Source of the DNA: Coraliomargarita sp. | GTDB taxonomy: Bacteria > Verrucomicrobiota > Verrucomicrobiia > Opitutales > Coraliomargaritaceae | NCBI GenBank assembly: GCA_965216325.1 | Contig: OZ244160.1 | Coordinates: 736,001-800,000 of the forward strand | Length of the DNA stretch: 64,000 nucleotides | Direction of reading: 5' to 3' | Shown here: positions 58,135-64,000 of the stretch, piece by piece | Layout of the letters: each line of letters starts with the position of its first letter | Numbering within the stretch: the first letter of the stretch is position 1 | Translations under genes and position numbers: made by a program | The notes under the pieces: generated by a model | Seen by the model: the letters and a program-made list of their open reading frames with translations, nothing else | The model's database searches: none | What the model was told of the DNA's origin: nothing

Positions 58135-59325
58135 ATGCGCGCAGTATTGATATTGGTTGGGGCATTGATGAGCGGTGTGCTGTTTGCGCAGGGGGTGCTG
58201 CAGTCATTTCCGAATACTGTCCCTTCGGCACCGGTTGAGGTGGATGCAGACGGAGAGACTTTGGAGCAGCGAGTGATACGCTTACGTCGTGAGCTTGCCG
58301 AGGCGGAGCATGCCTTGGCTGCGCAACGTATACAGCAGCAACAGACGATTGTGGACACAACCAGTTCGGACGAGAGTGAGCGGGCCGATGCGAGTCTGTA
58401 TGGAGCGCTGGTTGTTGTCTCAGGCGATCAGTCCGCGGGCTCTGGCTTTATTGCAGAACTGAAAGGGCGCAGTTTTTTGGTGACGAATATTCATGTGCTC
58501 GGCTCGGCTCGTGGCGCGGACTTTGAAACAGTTGAAGGAGTGCATGTCGAACTTGGCTCAGTGGCGTTTTTAAGCCAGACGCGTGACATTGCGATCGTTC
58601 CGATCGACTGGACGGGGGCACGCTTTCAAGTGAGTCGTTCGTTGAGTTACGATGCTGTTGCGGTCGGGCAGGATGTCGTGGTGTTCGGCAATTCGGATGG
58701 CACGGGGGTAACGACCGAGCTTGAGGGCGAGATCCGAGGCCTCGGGCCGGAAACGATCGAGGTTTCGGCGAAGTTTGTGCCGGGTAACAGTGGTAGCCCG
58801 ATCTTTCATGAAGCACTCGGCGTGGTCGTGGGGATTGCATCCTATTTGCGAGATTTCAGCCAGAAGACCAAATGGACTGAGGATTCTGAACTCGCGGATA
58901 TTCGACGCTTTGGCTATCGTTTGGATGGTGAGATCCAGTGGCAGCGGATCACGCTTGAAGAGCTCTTTCATCAGGCCGAAGCCTATCATCGTTTTGAAGA
59001 TCGCACACAGGCTATGTGGGAAATCAGCTACCGCCTTGAGTATGAATCGAAGTTGGTGACGGGCTATCGTGATCACGAGTCATTGGGATACCTGTACGAC
59101 GATATTAATTCTGATTTCAATTGGGGGCGGGGCACGGCATCATCGCGTAACGTGCAGATTTTGAAGCGCTTCGTAAAGCGTATGCAGATCGAGTTGGCCA
59201 ATGATGTTCAGAATACTGAGGAGGTGCTCACTGTAAATTTCTACCGTGAATTGTTCGATGGCTTGAAGCCGATGCGCAAACGTATCGCTAAGAGCTTTGA
59301 GCACTTCGAAACAGTGCGTCTCTAG
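58135..59325 (+). CDS. Secreted trypsin-like (S1) serine protease without PDZ
   Basis: Signal peptide, coiled coil, GSGF, VTNIHV, RDIA, PGNSGSP. Confidence 0.88.
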   Translation: MRAVLILVGALMSGVLFAQGVLQSFPNTVPSAPVEVDADGETLEQRVIRLRRELAEAEHALAAQRIQQQQTIVDTTSSDESERADASLYGALVVVSGDQSAGSGFIAELKGRSFLVTNIHVLGSARGADFETVEGVHVELGSVAFLSQTRDIAIVPIDWTGARFQVSRSLSYDAVAVGQDVVVFGNSDGTGVTTELEGEIRGLGPETIEVSAKFVPGNSGSPIFHEALGVVVGIASYLRDFSQKTKWTEDSELADIRRFGYRLDGEIQWQRITLEELFHQAEAYHRFEDRTQAMWEISYRLEYESKLVTGYRDHESLGYLYDDINSDFNWGRGTASSRNVQILKRFVKRMQIELANDVQNTEEVLTVNFYRELFDGLKPMRKRIAKSFEHFETVRL

Positions 59326-59518
59326 TTATACCGCGTTACAAAAATTTTCAGCCTCGTCATTCAGATGTGCGCTCTTGAAGCGGTTGCGGCGTTCCCCGAT
59401 CCGAATTTTTGTAAAGCGGTATTATTTGGGCTGCGGGCCGGATATGTTAGAGGCGCAAGTTTTTGTTGCGCTTGGCCCTCGATAAGCAAACATTGCCTGG
59501 TCGATTACCCTTACTGAT

Positions 59519-59869
59519 ATGAATGACGAACAATTCTTTAGCTCCGAAGGCCGCATAGGCGGTGCCACCCTGTTAATCCGCACCATCATTGCCTTGGTCG
59601 CACAAGCGCTGACTGTTGGCCTGTGTGTGTTCCTACTCGAGCTCGCTCATCTGTCGCCGTTTCACGAAGAGCACGCATTTCTGATGCCGCTGTTCTATTT
59701 CTTTGTGATCGTTACTTCGGTGTTTGTGCTGTTTACGGTGATGATGCAGTTGATCAAGCGTCTACATGATATGGGCAAAGGACCGATGCTTGCGGCGCTG
59801 ACCTTTGTGCCGGGTGTTAATGTCTTGTTCCTGCTCTACGCAATCCTCGCTCCTGCGAAGAAGGGGTAA
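59519..59869 (+). CDS. DUF805-family membrane protein
   Basis: FSSEGRIG, KRLHDMGK, three TM helices. Confidence 0.85.
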   Translation: MNDEQFFSSEGRIGGATLLIRTIIALVAQALTVGLCVFLLELAHLSPFHEEHAFLMPLFYFFVIVTSVFVLFTVMMQLIKRLHDMGKGPMLAALTFVPGVNVLFLLYAILAPAKKG

Positions 59870-59873
59870 ACTC

Positions 59874-59944
59874 GGAGAGCGGACACTCTTGTCCGCTTGA
59901 TTGCGCTCGGCATTTCGTTTGGCGGACAAGAGTGTCCGCCCTCC
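59874..59944. repeat. GGAG-type REP doublet between convergent genes
   Basis: GGAGAGCGGACACTCTTGTCCGC-N25-GCGGACAAGAGTGTCCGCCCTCC. Confidence 0.88.
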
Positions 59945-60415
59945 TTACTTTCTAACCCAGCGCTCGACGGTAAATTCGTCGTGCTTGAGCATGATTTCAG
60001 CGAGCTCAAACTGGTCTTCGAATTCCGGTAAGAACGCGTCGCCCTCGCACTTGCGGTGGACACGGCTTAGGTAGAGTTCGGAGCACTTGGGCAGCATCTG
60101 GGCGTAGATCTCACCGCCACCGGCGATCCAGATCGTCTTGTCGGTTTCCAAATGGTCGAGCACTTCCAAATTGGTGAAGCTATGCACGCCCGTGATTTCT
60201 CTTGGCTGACGACTGAGCACGTAGGTGTCGCGACCGGGAAGTGGGCGACCGATGGAGTCGTATGTCTTGCGGCCCATCACCAAAATGCCGCCCATCGTGG
60301 TCTGCTTAAACCATTTGAAATCCGCCGGGATGTGCCAGGGGATGTCGCCGCTGTTGCCGATGACTCGGTTCTCCGCCATGGCGGCGATGGCTTTGAAGTT
60401 GTTGGGCTGTGTCAT
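59945..60415 (-). CDS. folA: Dihydrofolate reductase
   Basis: AMAENRVIG, IPWHIPADF, MGRKTYDSIGRPLPGR, GGGEIY, GDAFLP. Confidence 0.96.
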   Translation of the reverse strand: MTQPNNFKAIAAMAENRVIGNSGDIPWHIPADFKWFKQTTMGGILVMGRKTYDSIGRPLPGRDTYVLSRQPREITGVHSFTNLEVLDHLETDKTIWIAGGGEIYAQMLPKCSELYLSRVHRKCEGDAFLPEFEDQFELAEIMLKHDEFTVERWVRK

Positions 60416-60424
60416 GTTAAAAAG

Positions 60425-60478
60425 TCTTAATCTGACTCCTAATCGTTAAAGTAGGCAGATTAAGATTATGATTCAGAG
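60425..60478. repeat. Second hexamer-array palindrome
   Basis: TCTTAATCTGACTCCTAATC...GATTAAGATTATGATTCAGAG shares sequence with 55208-55290. Confidence 0.7.
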
Positions 60479-60514
60479 GCTTTAGGCCATATTGTGACTT
60501 TATCTGTCATAATT

Positions 60515-60583
60515 CTGGAGGGACGACGTCCTCGTCGTCCTCAGTTAGGTCTGATTCGGACACTGGGGACAGTGTCCCTCCAG
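60515..60583. repeat. GGAG-type REP doublet between thyA and folA
   Basis: CTGGAGGGACGACGTCCTCGTCGTCC...GGACACTGGGGACAGTGTCCCTCCAG. Confidence 0.85.
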
Positions 60584-60609
60584 TTGCCAGAAAAAGTTAA
60601 AGAGTGGTA

Positions 60610-61404
60610 TTAGACGGCAATGGGTGCTTTAATCGTTGGATGCGGATCGTAGTTGACCAACTCAAAGTCGTCGAAGGTGAAGCCGTCGATTTCTTTGACG
60701 TCGGGGTTGATCTTCATTTGCGGCGCTGGGCGTGGCTCACGAGAGAGCTGTTCTTTAGCCTGTTCGACGTGATTTGCGTAGAGGTGTAAATCGCCAAAGG
60801 TGTGGACGAATTCCTTGGGCTTCAAATCGCAGACCTGTGCCACCATCATCGTGAGCAGGGCGTAAGAGGCGATGTTGAACGGCACGCCTAAGAAGATGTC
60901 GGCGCTGCGTTGGTAGAGCTGGCAGCTGAGTTCGCCATTGGCGACGTAGAATTGGAACAGCGCGTGGCAGGGAGGGAGTGCCATGTGTTTGATCTCGCCT
61001 GGGTTCCACGCGCAGACGATGTGGCGGCGGCTGTCGGGGTTGGTCTTCAGGTCGTGGATGACTTCGGCGAGTTGATCGACACGTGAGCCGTCGGGAGAAG
61101 TCCAGTCGCGCCACTGTGCGCCATAGACGCGACCGAGGTTGCCGTCTTCGTCGGCCCATTCATCCCAGATCGTGACCTTGTTGTCGTTGAGATACTTGAT
61201 GTTGGTCTCGCCCTGAATAAACCACAGGAGCTCGTGAATGATCGAACGCAGGTGGAGCTTTTTGGTGGTCAGGAGCGGGAAATCCGGGTCGAGCGAGAAC
61301 CGTGCTTGTGCGCCAAAAATCGAGTAGGTGCCTGTGCCGGTGCGGTCGTCGCGATAGGTGCCGGTCTCGAGAACCGTGCGAAGTAGGTCAAGGTAGCTTT
61401 TCAT
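60610..61404 (-). CDS. thyA: Thymidylate synthase
   Basis: [36 protein letters not shown]. Confidence 0.98.
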   Translation of the reverse strand: MKSYLDLLRTVLETGTYRDDRTGTGTYSIFGAQARFSLDPDFPLLTTKKLHLRSIIHELLWFIQGETNIKYLNDNKVTIWDEWADEDGNLGRVYGAQWRDWTSPDGSRVDQLAEVIHDLKTNPDSRRHIVCAWNPGEIKHMALPPCHALFQFYVANGELSCQLYQRSADIFLGVPFNIASYALLTMMVAQVCDLKPKEFVHTFGDLHLYANHVEQAKEQLSREPRPAPQMKINPDVKEIDGFTFDDFELVNYDPHPTIKAPIAV

Positions 61405-61494
61405 TCAGTTTAAGTGCAGTGGTGAATCTTGCAGTTCGCCCGTGCATGTCAACCAATGCCTGCTGCCGAGGGCGGCGCTTTGTTGTGATTGGCC

Positions 61495-61587
61495 GTAGCG
61501 TGCAGCTTCAGCAAACGCTCCACCGGGGAGTGGCAGTATTACTGCAAGCCTACAACGCGAAAAACGCTTGCTGAAGCGGCGCGCACC
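61495..61587. repeat. GTAG-type REP doublet, homologous to 48093-48185
   Basis: GTAGCGTGCAGCTTCAGCAAACGC...CGCTTGCTGAAGCGGCGCGCAC. Confidence 0.72.
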
Positions 61588-61695
61588 GTAGGCTTGTGAA
61601 TCTGCGTAAATCAAATGCTAGAATGTGTGGATTGAAGGTTTTTGGTAGACTTTCGAGCTGTAAGCTTTTATGTGAAAACTATCACTTTTTCAGCG

Positions 61696-62550
61696 ATGCA
61701 CCCCAAACTACAACGCATGGCTGTGTGGCTCCCGCTTTTCTGCACAGTCCACAGTATTTCTTTGGCTGCGATCAACATCATTGGCTACGACCCTCTGGTG
61801 AATGATCGCTTTGCCAATGACGCTTCGTTCATTGCGTCCGGCTTTGATCTGTCCGGTGTCGCGATTGCCGATGATGGGCGCTGGGTGACTATGTTGAGTG
61901 ATAATGTTTTTGTGACTGCCGACCATTTTTATTCGTCGAATGGCACATCGGTCACTTTTTATGGGAGTAATGATCCTTTAGGATCCAGTTTTACCACTAG
62001 TATTGAGTCGAGCGTCCAACTCGGAACTACCGATATTCGGCTGGGGGTCTTGAGTGATGCCCTGCCAACAGGATACTCGAGTTACGATATCTTTAATTAT
62101 CCAATTCCGCCGAATACAAACGCAATTGCGGTAGGCATGTTTGGGCGTTCTCCGAGTGACTATCCGACCTCATTAGATATGTCTATTGGGCAGAATGTGA
62201 TGAACGGTTTTCTTAGCGACTTCACAGCAGACGGGAACACGGGGGATGCGGGTTATACGACCTTCGATATGACTGGAGGCTTGGCGTACGAAGCTCAGTT
62301 GACACCCGGGGATTCCGGCGCGCCGGTAGTTGCCGTGTCAGGAGGTGAGCTGACCATTGTGGGTGTGAATTGGTATATTGCGACCGATACCAGCAACAAT
62401 GAAGTCTCCGGCTTTTCGTATCTGCCAAACTATATTGCTGAGATCGATAGCTTCATCGCGGCGAATGCGTTGACGCCGGTTCCTGAACCAGCAGCTGCTG
62501 CGCTGGTGTTGGGAATGCTAGCTTGCCTTGCGGCAGTGCGTCGACGCTAA
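61696..62550 (+). CDS. PEP-CTERM surface protein with trypsin-like protease motifs
   Basis: Signal peptide; VTADHF, TDIRL, PGDSGAP; C-terminal VPEP + TM + RRR. Confidence 0.88.
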   Translation: MHPKLQRMAVWLPLFCTVHSISLAAINIIGYDPLVNDRFANDASFIASGFDLSGVAIADDGRWVTMLSDNVFVTADHFYSSNGTSVTFYGSNDPLGSSFTTSIESSVQLGTTDIRLGVLSDALPTGYSSYDIFNYPIPPNTNAIAVGMFGRSPSDYPTSLDMSIGQNVMNGFLSDFTADGNTGDAGYTTFDMTGGLAYEAQLTPGDSGAPVVAVSGGELTIVGVNWYIATDTSNNEVSGFSYLPNYIAEIDSFIAANALTPVPEPAAAALVLGMLACLAAVRRR

Positions 62551-63350
62551 GAGCGCTGGCGCTTCGCTTCGTAGAGACAAACGGCAGCTGCGGCTGCGAC
62601 ATTGAGCGAATCAGCGCGGCCTGCCATTGGGATGCGAATGCGTTGGTTGGCTGCGTTCAGCCAGAAGTCGGTGAGGCCGTGGCTTTCGCTGCCGAAGAAG
62701 AGGGCGGTCGGCTTGGCGTAATCGACATCCCAGTGCAGACTTTCCGTGTCGGGCGTGGTCGCGATGTTCTGGATTTGGTTTTCCTGTAGCCACTTGGCCA
62801 GTTTGTCCTGTTCGACGCAGACGATGGGCAGGGCGAAACTGAGTCCTTGCGAGGAGCGTATGGCGTTCGGGTTGTAGAGATCGAGCACGCAGTCCACCAA
62901 GAGCACTGCATCCGCACCGGCGCCGTCGGCACTGCGTAGAATCGCGCCGAGGTTGCCGGGCTTTTCAATGCCCTCGAGCACGAGCAGCATGGGATTTTCG
63001 GGCAAGTTGAGCTCGCTGAGCGAGTGGCCCTGTTGTTTGCCGATGCCGATGATGCCGTCCGGGCCTTCGCGGTAGGCGGCCTTTGAGAAGGCCTCTTCGC
63101 TCATGCGAGTGAGCTCCAGCTGACCTTCGCGGCGGCATTGGTCGATAAATTCGCTGTGCGCTTCGGATGGGAACAGTTCGGGGCAAAAATACAGGGTCTC
63201 GATCTCGTAACCGGAGCCAAGTGCGTGACCCAGCTCGCGCAGACCTTCCACGAGGAAGCGCTCCTGGCGGTCGCGGTGCTTGCGTTCACGCAGTTTGACG
63301 AGGTTTTTGACCTGATCGTTCTGTTTGCTCTGTATATACTGTTCGTCCAT
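62547..63350 (-). CDS. TrmH/SpoU-family RNA 2'-O-methyltransferase
   Basis: FLVEGLRE, EKPGNLGAILRSA, FGSESHGL, IPMAGRADSLNV. Confidence 0.94.
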   Translation of the reverse strand: MDEQYIQSKQNDQVKNLVKLRERKHRDRQERFLVEGLRELGHALGSGYEIETLYFCPELFPSEAHSEFIDQCRREGQLELTRMSEEAFSKAAYREGPDGIIGIGKQQGHSLSELNLPENPMLLVLEGIEKPGNLGAILRSADGAGADAVLLVDCVLDLYNPNAIRSSQGLSFALPIVCVEQDKLAKWLQENQIQNIATTPDTESLHWDVDYAKPTALFFGSESHGLTDFWLNAANQRIRIPMAGRADSLNVAAAAAVCLYEAKRQRS

Positions 63351-63530
63351 CGAATGAAATTCTGTAGGCTGCGCGGCACTGTCTCGGTGCGCACTGCGTG
63401 GTGTAAGTTCAACTGCCTGATTCGTCATGCGGAGCGAGGGCGCTCCTGCGCTACCAATAAAAATAATCTTGTTGAAGAGGCTGAACTTTCCACTTCCCAC
63501 TGCAAGCATTTCACTACAGAAGAGGAACCA

Positions 63531-64000
63531 ATGGACAAGCAAGTGCCAAAAAATTTCGTTCCCGAGCCCTATGACTATCATCAGGAGCTAGAGTTGACCG
63601 TCGAGAGCCTGACGAATCTCGGCATGGGTGTCTGCCGTGATGCGACCAAGGAGAATTGGGTCATCATGGTGCCCTTCGTTGTGCCTGGCGAGAAGGTGCG
63701 CGTGCGCGTATTCCGCAACTATGCGAACTACTCGGATGCTGATTTGCTCGAGGTGCTTGAAGCTTCCGAAGACCGTGTGGAGCCAAAGTGCGGCCTCTTC
63801 CAAACCTGTGGTGGATGCCAGTATCAGCACATCGACTACCAGCGTCAGCTCAAAGAAAAGACCGCACACGTCAAGGAGCTCATGGAGAAAATCGGCGAGA
63901 TCGATTTTCCAGTCGATCTGGCGATTGGTTCGCCCGAGGTTTACAACTATCGCTCGAAGATCACGCCGCACTACAACCGTCCGAACAAGGACGGCAGCCA
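63531..64000 (+). CDS. RlmD/TrmA-family RNA m5U methyltransferase (TRAM + Fe-S), truncated by the window edge
   Basis: Manual translation: MDKQVPKNF...VPGEKVRV...PKCGLFQTCGGCQYQH...YNYRSK. Confidence 0.9.
   Translation, partial: MDKQVPKNFVPEPYDYHQELELTVESLTNLGMGVCRDATKENWVIMVPFVVPGEKVRVRVFRNYANYSDADLLEVLEASEDRVEPKCGLFQTCGGCQYQHIDYQRQLKEKTAHVKELMEKIGEIDFPVDLAIGSPEVYNYRSKITPHYNRPNKDGS

Noticed and set aside
63351..63581. Extended N-termini given by the ORF track (TrmH here; also dnaK, ribB, Lon-N and the ParB-like gene)
   Set aside because: The extensions run through intergenic repeats or promoters, or overlap neighbouring genes; family homology starts at the downstream ATG.

Overview
A gene-dense bacterial chromosome segment made up mostly of core genes. 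The gene content (tandem-fused UvrA, PEP-CTERM protein, dnaK-groES-groEL, PTS-EIIA/diadenylate cyclase fusion) suggests a PVC-group organism, probably Verrucomicrobiota/Opitutae; this is inference only. It carries uvrA (runs off the left edge), recD2, a Wza/Wzc/O-antigen-ligase export block, lpxA-pdxA, metG, dnaK-groES-groEL, alr/tsaB, ribB fused to a degenerate GCH-II, trpA, glgP, hemL, nadE, maf, folA, thyA and RNA-modification genes. I saw no rRNA, tRNA, CRISPR array or transposase. Two things stand out. (1) An NsrR-linked redox cluster at 32.6-38.6 kb: three monoheme c lipoproteins, a truncated globin, a NirB-like flavoprotein whose catalytic siroheme half is replaced by a putative di-heme b membrane domain, and a translationally coupled ~11-heme cytochrome c. 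Together they look like an NAD(P)H-to-periplasm electron conduit for nitrosative stress. (2) Six REP-like palindromes of two families sit in-frame inside uvrA. Also notable: a consensus sigma-54 promoter that would make dnaK near-leaderless, an alr gene with no canonical start codon, and several dispersed palindrome families. All family assignments come from motif recognition by eye; no searches were run.
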